From positions 1 through 52,697 of IMG/VR virus record IMGVR_UViG_3300026097_001084: DNA of 52,697 bases, one strand, 5' to 3'. The notes below the pieces were generated by a model. It saw nothing but the letters and a program-made list of their open reading frames with translations. It had not been told where the DNA came from and made no database searches. Source of the DNA: a virus (Duplodnaviria > Caudoviricetes). Numbering within the stretch: the stretch's first letter is position 1; every line of letters begins with the position of its first letter. A program made the translations under genes and the position numbers. Of the stretch, positions 10,043-19,492 are shown piece after piece.

Positions 10043-11430
10043 TATCTAAGTTTATATACGTTGAACTTTTTCTTTGGTTTCCAATTCTTAAAGGTAGTTT
10101 CAATTCCTTCAACAAGTGTATCACACATGTTCTGACGATTTAATCCCATTTCTCCCATGAATTCTTTTCTACCTTCTAAACCGGCTTCTTTTCGTTCTTG
10201 TGGTGTTTTATCGTACCAATATCTAATTGCATCAGCTACTTCATAAACATCCACTTTATCATCAATGATATAAGGAGTAGGAACTGACCCAACCATAGTT
10301 TGAACTCTCGGCCATACTGGTTTTACCCAAGAACCATGGGTTACTTTATCTTCCCAATCTCTGTAATTGTGAAGTGAACCTATTTCAATATAATCGTCTG
10401 CCGTTAAATACTTACCATCTACTTTAAATCCACATTGGTCTTGTAATCCACCTGTAACATTTACAATCGATGGAGTACCTGCCATAACTGATTCTGCAGT
10501 TACTAAACCAAATCCTTCATTACCAGCGATGTTGATTGTACAATCTGATAAATTGTATAGGTAGTTTAATTGTTCTTGTGATACCCTATCTGTTGAGAAT
10601 TTGATATCACAATCAGGTGCGAGGGTTTTTTGTACTTCAATTAAATTTGTACCATTTTGGTCTACTGGTGCAGTATGCATTATCAAACATACTTTATCTT
10701 TATCTTCTTCGGGTAGAGAATCTCTAAACTTAGAGAATGCCCAAATAACATCTGATGGTTGTTTACGTTTGATATTTCGGTTCATCCAAAAAAGTACGAA
10801 CTTGTAATCTTTATCACCTAAAACCTTTTGTCTGAAATCATGTGGTACTTCAGTTGGTTTGTATAAATCTGGATTAATTCCATGTGGTACATATGATACT
10901 TGCCAATCTTCCAATGGTTTTATTGTTTCTGATTCAATCTTACCAACACGATTGACAATACCATAAGTTTGTCTTGAAATACACCCTAACCAATCACATG
11001 ACTCGTAGTAATCTCTATTATATTTTGGGTCTGGTAAATCATCCCAAATATGGTAGAAAAGGATTGGAATATTCTGTCTTAACTCGGCCTCCATTTCATA
11101 TAACCATCTCCAATATCTTGGGTCTGTAAAGTGTAGGATTGCATCAGGTTGATGTCTCATGATTAATTCACGAAGAATATTTGCATCACCATATCCACTC
11201 CAAGGAATTAGTTTAAGAGAGGCATCTTCAATACCACTAATCTTACGAGCATCATTACCTAAATCTATTTCTTTACCTTTTTCTGGATGTTCTACTGCAG
11301 CTGCTAATTGAACCCAATCATAATGTTCAAGGGTTCCGAACACTAAATCTTTAGATACTGTTGCGATACCAGATGACATACGTAAATCATCTGATAATAA
11401 AAGAATCTTTTTCTTTTTTATTTCTGACAT
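10042..11430 (-). CDS. GT-B (GT4-like) glycosyltransferase
   Basis: SGIAT, VPHGI, NRNIKRK, NEGFGLVTAESVMAGTP. Confidence 0.9.
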   Translation of the reverse strand: MSEIKKKKILLLSDDLRMSSGIATVSKDLVFGTLEHYDWVQLAAAVEHPEKGKEIDLGNDARKISGIEDASLKLIPWSGYGDANILRELIMRHQPDAILHFTDPRYWRWLYEMEAELRQNIPILFYHIWDDLPDPKYNRDYYESCDWLGCISRQTYGIVNRVGKIESETIKPLEDWQVSYVPHGINPDLYKPTEVPHDFRQKVLGDKDYKFVLFWMNRNIKRKQPSDVIWAFSKFRDSLPEEDKDKVCLIMHTAPVDQNGTNLIEVQKTLAPDCDIKFSTDRVSQEQLNYLYNLSDCTINIAGNEGFGLVTAESVMAGTPSIVNVTGGLQDQCGFKVDGKYLTADDYIEIGSLHNYRDWEDKVTHGSWVKPVWPRVQTMVGSVPTPYIIDDKVDVYEVADAIRYWYDKTPQERKEAGLEGRKEFMGEMGLNRQNMCDTLVEGIETTFKNWKPKKKFNVYKLR

Positions 11431-11441
11431 TTAATTAAAAT

Positions 11442-11645
11442 TTAAAATTGTGAACCACTATCTTGTAGTTTATCGTAGTTATTTATCTCGTTTCTATAAT
11501 CCTCATCTTCAATATACTTAGTAACCGAACGGTTAACTAATTTCTGTAATGTGATGTTTGAATCAAACGAAATTCTTTTGAATTGTGAGTAAAGATTGTG
11601 AATAATCTTTACCGTTGTTAATTTTGTTTCGGACTTATTTGCCAT
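11442..11645 (-). CDS. small putative ribbon-helix-helix DNA-binding protein
   Basis: N-terminal beta strand (LTTVKI) then two predicted helices (LYSQFKRI; LQKLVNRSV). Confidence 0.5.
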   Translation of the reverse strand: MANKSETKLTTVKIIHNLYSQFKRISFDSNITLQKLVNRSVTKYIEDEDYRNEINNYDKLQDSGSQF

Positions 11646-11679
11646 AACTTTCCTATTGGGTTTTTATTTTATATACAAA

Positions 11680-11687
11680 TATAAATA
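11680..11687 (-). promoter_or_regulatory. TATTTATA element (putative phage late-type promoter)
   Basis: Recurrent intergenic TAYTTATA on the coding strand upstream of 11645. Confidence 0.45.
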
Positions 11688-11712
11688 TATATGAATAGGA
11701 AAAACGGAAAAA

Positions 11713-12570
11713 TTATTTCCAAATAGGACAAAGTTTTCTAGTCTTGAACTCACACCAATCACATGCTTTACCTTTGTTAGTTGGAAACTCAGTTTGAATT
11801 ATCTCACCATTATCACCATAAACCGAATCTACAAATCCTTTGAAATCATTCCATGCTCGATTTATAGATGGTTTACCATTTGCAGGTACAAACTTAGAGA
11901 TTCGTGGGATTGGGAAATCAGCTCCTTCAAATATCTTTCTTTTAAGAATCTGATATTCTACTTTAATTTTATCTAATGGTATATCGTACTTATCTGAATA
12001 GAATTTCTTATACAATAACATTTGAGATAATTTAACCTTATCAGCTTTCTGATACTTACTCCACCCACGAGTAGATGTTTTTAAATCAATGATAATATAT
12101 TCGTTAGTAGATAAATCTTCTAAAAGTACATCAATAAAACCGATGAAGTGAACACCAGGTTTTATCTCAGCATTCAATCTTTGCTCAATTGCAACTAACC
12201 TATAACCAGTCTTAGAGTATAACTTATCTAATTTATTTCTGAAATATTGTAATATCAATTTACCATCTTCATAAAACTCACCAAGTTCTGCTTGAGTACA
12301 TGGTGTACCCTCATCCATCTTTTCTTGTTCTTTCTTAAAATGTTCTACGAGTTTATCGAATAACATTTGTTCGAGATTGAGTTGAAGGGCTTGTTTTTTG
12401 GTTACATTATACATCACATCTAAGAAATGTTGAATGACTTCGTGCATTGCAGAACCAAAAATGAGGTGAATGTTCGCATTAAACACTCCTAACTTATCTA
12501 TGTAATTTAATTTGAATTGTTGTTGACACGATGAATACATGCCGAATTGTGAGTAACTTACTCTTGCCAT
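11713..12570 (-). CDS. PD-(D/E)XK nuclease, Cas4/AddB-like with putative Fe-S cluster
   Basis: SSC near the N-terminus, GSAMHE, GFIDV, IIDLKT, QMLLY, C-terminal CDWCEFKTRKLC. Confidence 0.88.
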   Translation of the reverse strand: MARVSYSQFGMYSSCQQQFKLNYIDKLGVFNANIHLIFGSAMHEVIQHFLDVMYNVTKKQALQLNLEQMLFDKLVEHFKKEQEKMDEGTPCTQAELGEFYEDGKLILQYFRNKLDKLYSKTGYRLVAIEQRLNAEIKPGVHFIGFIDVLLEDLSTNEYIIIDLKTSTRGWSKYQKADKVKLSQMLLYKKFYSDKYDIPLDKIKVEYQILKRKIFEGADFPIPRISKFVPANGKPSINRAWNDFKGFVDSVYGDNGEIIQTEFPTNKGKACDWCEFKTRKLCPIWK

Positions 12571-12590
12571 ATTTTTTATCTTTTACTATG

Positions 12591-12622
12591 TAAAGATACA
12601 AAAAAAGTTTGGGGTATCCAAA
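12591..12622 (-). promoter_or_regulatory. Bacteroidota sigma-A type promoter
   Basis: TTTG-N20-TATCTTTA on minus strand upstream of the nuclease. Confidence 0.75.
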
Positions 12623-12635
12623 CTTTTTATAATAT

Positions 12636-12881
12636 TTATTCTTTTTTCTTTAACTCTTCTGGTAAGAGTTCTTCCACAATCTCACCACAATCTCCACATA
12701 GGAAAAGTTCTACTGGTATGATTGCATCTTTGGGTGTTCCTGTAATAATCTTTGATACCTTTAGAAATTTATTTCCGGGTATAAATACAGTTCCGCCACA
12801 TTCTTTACATGCGATTTCCGTTGCCTTTGATAAATCAATTTGTGGTTGCTTTGGTTGATTTTCTCCAATAATTTGTGCCAT
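12636..12881 (-). CDS. small zinc-ribbon protein
   Basis: CKECG...CGDCG. Confidence 0.75.
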   Translation of the reverse strand: MAQIIGENQPKQPQIDLSKATEIACKECGGTVFIPGNKFLKVSKIITGTPKDAIIPVELFLCGDCGEIVEELLPEELKKKE

Positions 12882-12900
12882 AACTTTTTAGTTGTTTAAT

Positions 12901-13254
12901 TTAATCGAACCATTGAGAACGATTTGTTTTTATATTCTTTATTCCCTCATCTTTATATTTGGGATTATTTTTTTCGTATTCATCTACTCTATCTTTGATA
13001 ATATCAAATGCATCTTGTTCATTCTTCTTACCAATTTTTTCAGCAGATTTTAGTTCTTCATCGGTAATTTTCTTACCACTCGATGCTGCTGCAACTGATG
13101 CGAATCTCTTTGTATGATAAGAAGATAGTGGTTTGGTAAATTTCTTTAGGTATTCAGCTTTACCATCTAAATATTCTAGCATAGAATCAAAATCTTCGTT
13201 ACCAAGATTTTCTAATTGTTCATCAGTTAATTCGTTATTTGGGTCGTATATCAT
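12901..13254 (-). CDS. hypothetical protein
   Basis: 117-aa ORF with its own promoter. Confidence 0.7.
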   Translation of the reverse strand: MIYDPNNELTDEQLENLGNEDFDSMLEYLDGKAEYLKKFTKPLSSYHTKRFASVAAASSGKKITDEELKSAEKIGKKNEQDAFDIIKDRVDEYEKNNPKYKDEGIKNIKTNRSQWFD

Positions 13255-13274
13255 ATCTCTTATGCTTTACTATG

Positions 13275-13306
13275 TAAATATACGAAATTAATTTTAATTA
13301 TCCAAA
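13275..13306 (-). promoter_or_regulatory. Bacteroidota sigma-A type promoter
   Basis: TTTG-N20-TATATTTA. Confidence 0.7.
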
Positions 13307-13911
13307 TTTTTTATAATATATTTATAAAATTCTTGGTGACCTATCCAAGACCAATGTGAATCGTTTATATCAGTATATTCATCAGATATTATTGGATACA
13401 TAACTCTACCATCATTGGTTAAGGTATGTTCATCCACATTCCATCTTATACATTTTATATTATTTGAGTCAAAATATTCTACAAAAGAGTTAAATAAATA
13501 CTCATACCTATTTGTGACCCCCTCAAAATTAGGAAATAAAATAAATTTTACATAATCTTCAATAGTTTTATAATAATCCCTCCATTCAGAATTATGCTGA
13601 TATTTTAATGTAGGTAATATATCTATGAAGTGGTTTTTGTGAGGAATTTGCAATCTTTCATCATGTGTTCTAGACAAGAATACTACATCGTTCGGTTTTA
13701 TGTTTTTTAAGTTACCAATAACCGAATCCAAAATCTTATCATTACCTATACCAGGTTTAGCATGATTCACATAATCTAATCCAATACGTTCACTAATCAA
13801 ACTTACCCAAGTTTTTTGAGTACCATCATATGTTCTATCATAGTATTCTTCACCACTATTACACCCTTGACAATATGTAAAGGAGTCACCAAAAAAATGT
13901 ATTTTACTCAT
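13294..13911 (-). CDS. SGNH/GDSL-like hydrolase or acyltransferase
   Basis: FFGDSFT (block I), NHAKPGIGN, DSHWSWIGH (DxH). Confidence 0.8.
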   Translation of the reverse strand: MSKIHFFGDSFTYCQGCNSGEEYYDRTYDGTQKTWVSLISERIGLDYVNHAKPGIGNDKILDSVIGNLKNIKPNDVVFLSRTHDERLQIPHKNHFIDILPTLKYQHNSEWRDYYKTIEDYVKFILFPNFEGVTNRYEYLFNSFVEYFDSNNIKCIRWNVDEHTLTNDGRVMYPIISDEYTDINDSHWSWIGHQEFYKYIIKNLDN

Positions 13912-14872
13912 TTAAAATTAATTCAGAAATTATATCATAGTTAGATTGAATATGTTTGTAATTTTTATTCCAAATATCAATACAATCATCCATGTTTAAT
14001 TTTGATATGATATTAATACATTCGGAATAAATATCAATTTTATGTTTAGTAGACATGGTCATTACATCGGCTTCATTAAACATAAAATCATTATTGAAAA
14101 CTTTTAAACCTAAATTTTCTATATTTTTTATAAAGTTTTTAGGTCCCAATATAATTGGTAATGTACCATTCATAAAAGCCAATAAAGTTTTTTCAGAAAG
14201 TTGTGATGGTTGTATTTCATTACCGGTTTCGGTTTCTACTATGAAAGTAAAAAAACTCAAAGAGTATTCCTTTTGTAGCTCTGGCCAAGTTGGGAACTTC
14301 TTTGAATATTCAATATCACTATTTGTTTCCTTGTTAGCATCGTTTATATACTTAACATATCTCTTGATATCTAAGTCAATATTAGATATTTTTTCAAATA
14401 AATAATCTCTATTATGGCTTTGTTTTCTAACAGAAATCAATGTTTTATGTTTTCTATTATCAAGTTTCATCTGTTTACCTATGTAATAATCTCCAGATTC
14501 CCACATTGGATATGAATCATTTTGATTCCATGCAATAGTATGTCGTTGATATGCTGAACTCCAATGAATAAAAATATTAGTAAGTGGGGAATATTCAATA
14601 TTACTTTTGGATATATTACATGTGGTTATTAATATATTCAGTCCACGTAATCTCAAATCACGGACAATATAAACTATAAAATCAAAAAATATATCAGATT
14701 TTATAATTTCATGATAATATTCAAGAGTTATGTTTAAATTATCAGTCTTTTCTTTTATATATTCATAGAATTTATCAGGACTATTCATAATAGTTGTAAA
14801 TTCATGTTCATTTATTGATATTTTATAACTATTTTTATAAAACTCAATTTCAGATTTTATAACATCATTCAT
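13904..14872 (-). CDS. GT10 (fucosyltransferase)-like protein
   Basis: FIVETE...LSEKTLLAFMNGTLPIILG resembles the GT10 motif. Confidence 0.6.
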   Translation of the reverse strand: MNDVIKSEIEFYKNSYKISINEHEFTTIMNSPDKFYEYIKEKTDNLNITLEYYHEIIKSDIFFDFIVYIVRDLRLRGLNILITTCNISKSNIEYSPLTNIFIHWSSAYQRHTIAWNQNDSYPMWESGDYYIGKQMKLDNRKHKTLISVRKQSHNRDYLFEKISNIDLDIKRYVKYINDANKETNSDIEYSKKFPTWPELQKEYSLSFFTFIVETETGNEIQPSQLSEKTLLAFMNGTLPIILGPKNFIKNIENLGLKVFNNDFMFNEADVMTMSTKHKIDIYSECINIISKLNMDDCIDIWNKNYKHIQSNYDIISELILNE

Positions 14873-15411
14873 ATCAATTTAACTATTTTTTTAACCACAC
14901 CTTTACCAACTTTAACTTTATGGTAAGGAATATTATACTTTATTAAAGTATTCTCAATTTCTCTATCTAATTTTTTAGATTCTTCTAAACTTTGGTATCG
15001 TTCTTTATCATTATGAACTCCATCATCGCTACGTTCCAATAAAATGTTGATTGAATCGTACTGATTATGGATATCTAAGACTAACTTATCAAAGTGTTCT
15101 GAATTATATAAAGTGGCTGGATATGAAGTTCCTTGATACACACTACGATACACGAGAGAAAGAATTATAGGTGAATCCAATACAATGTAATCAACTTTAC
15201 CAAAACTCTTTACAATCCCTCTATGTTGGTTTGCAAGGACATACAATTGGTCTTGAATTGCCGAATGGTTTTCATCCCATGCTAATGCTTTGGGAAACTC
15301 ATAAGGATTATCACAATTGATATGTTTCTTTTTAAGTTTGTAAGTTAGACCAGATGCAATTGATGATTTACCAATACCAGGTCCTCCAAATAAATTGATT
15401 ATCTTACTCAT
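14869..15411 (-). CDS. P-loop NTPase/kinase (AAA_28/NadR-like)
   Basis: NLFGGPGIGKS Walker A; IVLDSP; RYQ. Confidence 0.8.
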   Translation of the reverse strand: MSKIINLFGGPGIGKSSIASGLTYKLKKKHINCDNPYEFPKALAWDENHSAIQDQLYVLANQHRGIVKSFGKVDYIVLDSPIILSLVYRSVYQGTSYPATLYNSEHFDKLVLDIHNQYDSINILLERSDDGVHNDKERYQSLEESKKLDREIENTLIKYNIPYHKVKVGKGVVKKIVKLI

Positions 15412-15424
15412 GTAACTTTGTTAT

Positions 15425-15457
15425 AAAAAAAGAGGGAGGTGTTATCCTCCCCCTCTT
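15425..15457 (-). terminator. intrinsic terminator after the TonB-dependent receptor
   Basis: Minus strand AGAGGGGGAGG-ATAACA-CCTCCCTCT followed by a T run. Confidence 0.85.
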
Positions 15458-15476
15458 ATATTAAATATAAATTATC

Positions 15477-18182
15477 TTAGAATCTATACTTCAATGAAGC
15501 GTTCCAAGTTCTTCCAAATCCAAACCAAACGGAATTATTTACATCAATACCATTCCAAGTTGTTGAACCTGCAGTAGCATGGATGTTAGAGTTTGATTCA
15601 GCGATGTAAACTGTATCAAATAAGTTATTGATGTTTACACGAGCACTAAACTTACCTAAGTAAAGAGTAGCACCTAAATCAGCTAAACCGAATGATGGGA
15701 GTTTAAGGGCACCATCGTTGTCTGGTTGTGTGAAAGCTGAATCTGTAATAGAGTAATCTGCGTAAAGACCATCTACGAAACGATATCCAAAGTCAAGGTT
15801 TAGTTTTCCTAAACGATATGCAATTTCACCAAATGAAGTGAATTGTGCAGCATCACCAACTTTAGCACCTTTGGTATAAAGTGTTCCAGTTCCAATAGAT
15901 TGTTGGTTCTCATCGAATAACTCTGCTTCGAAATCTTTAGTATATTCCCAATCACCGATTGATAACATACCACGAAGTGTTAAACGATTAGTTGGACGAA
16001 ATTCTCCTTCTACCTCAACTCCATTGTGTAATACATCAATGTTACGGAACTGAGCGAATCCATCAACACCTTGTTGGTTAGTTAATGAACGAGTTACGAA
16101 ACGATTACCCCAGGTTGTAGAGTAAGCATTCACTTTAACATCTAACTTACGAGATGTGTATCCATATCCAAGTTCTACTGAACGAATCTCCTCATTTTGT
16201 AAATCAGTATTGATTACGTTTGCGTAGTTAGGGAATACAGCATCGAATAAAGGTTGGCGAGAAATGATACCTGTGTTAAAGAACACATTTGATTTTTCGT
16301 TAAAGTTGTAGTTTGCACCACCTTTAACATATCCACCACCTTGGTTCTGAGTTTCAGAAATAGGATTTCCTGGTTGGTCAAAGTAATCGATTCTTTGGAA
16401 AGCTTGGTTTGATAAACCACCTTGTAATACTGCGGTTAGTTTTTCTTCATCGTTATACTCGATTAAACCATTAACACCTTGCCATCCAACTTTACCAATA
16501 TTGTAGTAATCAATCTTTGGGCCACGAATACCAGTATCGCGGAATGGATTAGCAGATACAGTTGTTTCAATGATTTGACCAGCAGAGTTCTTATTACCAG
16601 TTGAGTAATAACCATCTAAACCAAGTAAATCATTTAGAACACGATAGTGGTAACCTGTATAAGAACGAAGGTCTACACCAATCGAATACTTGAACTTACC
16701 GCTTTGGATATCTAATGATGAAATAGCACCAACCCAATCGTGTGAGTTCATTGAAGCTCTACGAACAAGAACTTCACGAGATACTCCATCTTCGCGGAAA
16801 CCATTTGAACCAATAAGTAATCCATCGTATTGACCTCTACCAATATCACCAGTGTAAGGAGAAGGTGATTGTTGGTTTGCAGCAACTACTGCATCAAAGT
16901 CAATAAATCCATTTGCTAAACGAGAACCTCTACCATTTTCTAAGTAATGTTCTGTTAAGTCTTTACGGAAAGGTAAAAGGTCAAGGGCACTGTTACGATA
17001 GTTGTTCCCACGAGGACCAGTTCCTCCACCACGACCTGCTGAACCATATAAAGAGGTTGCAAGTGTTACATTATCTGAAATTTTGTAATCCCAGTTAATA
17101 GTAGCAAGTGGTTTGTTGTAGAAGTTTCTACGAAGGTTGTATTCTTCACCATTTAGAACACCACCATTTGAGTTCCATCTTCTATCAATACCTGCTTCAC
17201 CGAAGTTTTGGTAATCACGAATAGAAACCCAAACATCTCTTTGGTGGTGCCATTGTCCAGCTCCTAAGAAAGAGAAGTTTAGTGAGTGTTTCGAATCATC
17301 AGGTGCATAACCCAATGCGAAGAAGTAAGTTAAACCTTCACCACTTGTGTTATAGATGTATCCATCACCTTGCCATCTTGATAATAAGATAGATGATGCC
17401 CATCCATTTTCATTTTTACCACTATTATAAACAACAGCAGTTTTTTGGAATCCATCGTTACCAACTGTTTGTGTAAGTGAACCACCCTCGGCCACATCAG
17501 CAGTTTTGGTAAAAATAGAAACAGTTCCCCCAACTGAAGGAACTGCAAGACGAGAAGCTCCTAAACCTCTCTGAATTTGGATACCACTAGCAACATCTGT
17601 TAAACCCTGCCAGTTAGACCAATAAACCCATCCATTTTCCATGTCGTTGACAGGTTGTCCGTTGATAAGGAATGAAGTGTTTCTTTGGTCAAATCCACGA
17701 AGTGAGATACGAGAATCACCATAACCCCCACCTTGCTTCGTTGCGTACACACCAGGAGTACGGTTCATAATCTCAGGAAACTCTTGGTTTCCTACTTTGA
17801 GTGCAATCTCACTCGCCTTAATAGATGATACTGCAATTGGAGTTACTCGTTCTTTCGCAACATCAATTACACCAGATGTGAGAATAACCTCATCTAATGT
17901 TTCTGCTGATAATACTAAGGAAACTGTAATTCCTTGTTTTGCAGTAACCTCTTGTGTCAAGTATCCAAGATACGAAATCACAAGTGTGTTTCCTGCGGTT
18001 GCTGAATCAATAGTAAAGTTACCATCAAAATCAGTTACAACTCCATCATTCGTTCCTTTAACGAGAATGGTTGCACCTGGTAATGGGTCATTACTATTGG
18101 AATCAACTACTTTCCCACTAATCTGTGCGAAAGTCATAAATGATGATAACATCATTAATCCAACTAATAATAGTCTTTTCAT
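15477..18182 (-). CDS. TonB-dependent outer-membrane receptor (Bacteroidota type)
   Basis: Signal peptide; N-terminal CarboxypepD_reg-like domain (PLPGATILVKGT...TDFDGNF...SYLGY); plug (TPGVY, ISLRGF, LINGQP, IQIQRG); barrel end NINNLFD...GRTWNASLKYRF with terminal Phe. Confidence 0.95.
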   Translation of the reverse strand: MKRLLLVGLMMLSSFMTFAQISGKVVDSNSNDPLPGATILVKGTNDGVVTDFDGNFTIDSATAGNTLVISYLGYLTQEVTAKQGITVSLVLSAETLDEVILTSGVIDVAKERVTPIAVSSIKASEIALKVGNQEFPEIMNRTPGVYATKQGGGYGDSRISLRGFDQRNTSFLINGQPVNDMENGWVYWSNWQGLTDVASGIQIQRGLGASRLAVPSVGGTVSIFTKTADVAEGGSLTQTVGNDGFQKTAVVYNSGKNENGWASSILLSRWQGDGYIYNTSGEGLTYFFALGYAPDDSKHSLNFSFLGAGQWHHQRDVWVSIRDYQNFGEAGIDRRWNSNGGVLNGEEYNLRRNFYNKPLATINWDYKISDNVTLATSLYGSAGRGGGTGPRGNNYRNSALDLLPFRKDLTEHYLENGRGSRLANGFIDFDAVVAANQQSPSPYTGDIGRGQYDGLLIGSNGFREDGVSREVLVRRASMNSHDWVGAISSLDIQSGKFKYSIGVDLRSYTGYHYRVLNDLLGLDGYYSTGNKNSAGQIIETTVSANPFRDTGIRGPKIDYYNIGKVGWQGVNGLIEYNDEEKLTAVLQGGLSNQAFQRIDYFDQPGNPISETQNQGGGYVKGGANYNFNEKSNVFFNTGIISRQPLFDAVFPNYANVINTDLQNEEIRSVELGYGYTSRKLDVKVNAYSTTWGNRFVTRSLTNQQGVDGFAQFRNIDVLHNGVEVEGEFRPTNRLTLRGMLSIGDWEYTKDFEAELFDENQQSIGTGTLYTKGAKVGDAAQFTSFGEIAYRLGKLNLDFGYRFVDGLYADYSITDSAFTQPDNDGALKLPSFGLADLGATLYLGKFSARVNINNLFDTVYIAESNSNIHATAGSTTWNGIDVNNSVWFGFGRTWNASLKYRF

Positions 18183-18254
18183 AATAAATTTCTGTTTAAA
18201 TTAAATTAATTGTGTAATATACAATGAGCACCCCTACATGCCCAAGGTATTCGG

Positions 18255-18554
18255 TTAAAGGATACCTATCAATTCATGTTCTCTAAATAACATAAATTCT
18301 TCACCTCCTAATTTTATTGTTTCACCTCCACCATCTTTTTTAAATAAGATAGTATCACCTACTTTTACTGTCATGGGAATCTTATCACCTGTTTGAGAAA
18401 AGATACCCGCTCCTACCGAAACTACTTTTCCTTCTACGAGTTGACCTCGCATTACAGAATCATTTAAGATAATCCCACCACTTGATTTTTTTTCTGTATG
18501 TGATTCTGTTTTTACCAAAACTCTATCACCTAATGGTCTAAAATTATTCATCAT
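18255..18554 (-). CDS. groES: co-chaperonin GroES
   Basis: FRPLGDRVLVK, GGIIL mobile loop, VKVGDTILF, REHELIGI. Confidence 0.95.
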   Translation of the reverse strand: MMNNFRPLGDRVLVKTESHTEKKSSGGIILNDSVMRGQLVEGKVVSVGAGIFSQTGDKIPMTVKVGDTILFKKDGGGETIKLGGEEFMLFREHELIGIL

Positions 18555-18672
18555 TATCTAATTTATCGTTTGTACTTGTTTGTGTAAATTTCCCAAAATT
18601 GGGAGTAAGTGTAGTATTACAACTTTCGTTGTTTATATAATCGTATAGATTTTTAGTGTAAACTTTTTTCAT
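18544..18672 (-). CDS. small hypothetical protein (42 aa)
   Basis: Manual translation MKKVYTKNLYDYINNESCNTTLTPNFGKFTQTSTNDKLDNDE*, overlapping the groES start. Confidence 0.45.
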   Translation of the reverse strand: MKKVYTKNLYDYINNESCNTTLTPNFGKFTQTSTNDKLDNDE

Positions 18673-18725
18673 CGTTTAATAACTATGGTATATTTTAAAA
18701 ATAAATGTTAAGAAATTGTAATTTT

Positions 18726-19046
18726 TTATTTATAAGTGTTTAGTTGACTCTCAATCTTTTTTACAAGTTCATTATCATTAATAAATGGTAAAACTTCTTC
18801 TAACAATTCTGTCATCTTTTGTTTACCTTTATATTTTGAGTATCTTTGATTTTCTCGTTCAACTTGATAAAGATGAAACGCAATTTCATCTAACCCTTTA
18901 AGTTTATCTTCGTATTTAGAAATTCTAACATCCACTACACGATTGTTATGAGATTGCTTACTTGGTGTGTATGATTTATACAACTCATCTAATCTACCTT
19001 TAAGGTATTGAATTTCCATTAACTTACGTATTTCCGAATTTGTCAT
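18726..19046 (-). CDS. hypothetical protein
   Basis: 106-aa ORF coupled (ATGA) to the upstream gene. Confidence 0.7.
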   Translation of the reverse strand: MTNSEIRKLMEIQYLKGRLDELYKSYTPSKQSHNNRVVDVRISKYEDKLKGLDEIAFHLYQVERENQRYSKYKGKQKMTELLEEVLPFINDNELVKKIESQLNTYK

Positions 19047-19492
19047 AACTTTAATTTTAACTTAGTTATTTCTTTTTTATCAGTTCCATAATCTTCACAC
19101 AATTCCTTAATTCGTACTTTACCACTTCTGGTTGAATAAAGTATTTTTGTATATTCATGTGCATCGGTTAAAGAAACCTCATAATGTTTTGCAACCAATT
19201 CTACCAACCATTTTTCATATTTATCAGCAGTTGCTGGTTTCATATACTTTAAAAACTGTCTACCTTTTGGTAAAAAATCTATTAAAGCAAGATAAAGTGC
19301 TTTAGGTGGTACCTCTTGTAAAGCTGGTTGTAATGCAGCGATGGTTTCTACCCAATCTGGATTCATAGAAAGGAAACGAAATACCATATAGTTAGACCAA
19401 GTTTTCTTATCACTTTCATCTAACTTATCCCAATACTTAGGGTCTTGGGTATTGGTAATTGCCTTTATGTGGTCAAATAGGGTTGCTGCCAT
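19043..19492 (-). CDS. clamp loader small subunit (T4 gp62-like)
   Basis: KKTWSNYMVFRFLSM and LPKGRQFLKY resemble gp62; directly downstream of the gp44 homolog. Confidence 0.75.
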   Translation of the reverse strand: MAATLFDHIKAITNTQDPKYWDKLDESDKKTWSNYMVFRFLSMNPDWVETIAALQPALQEVPPKALYLALIDFLPKGRQFLKYMKPATADKYEKWLVELVAKHYEVSLTDAHEYTKILYSTRSGKVRIKELCEDYGTDKKEITKLKLKL

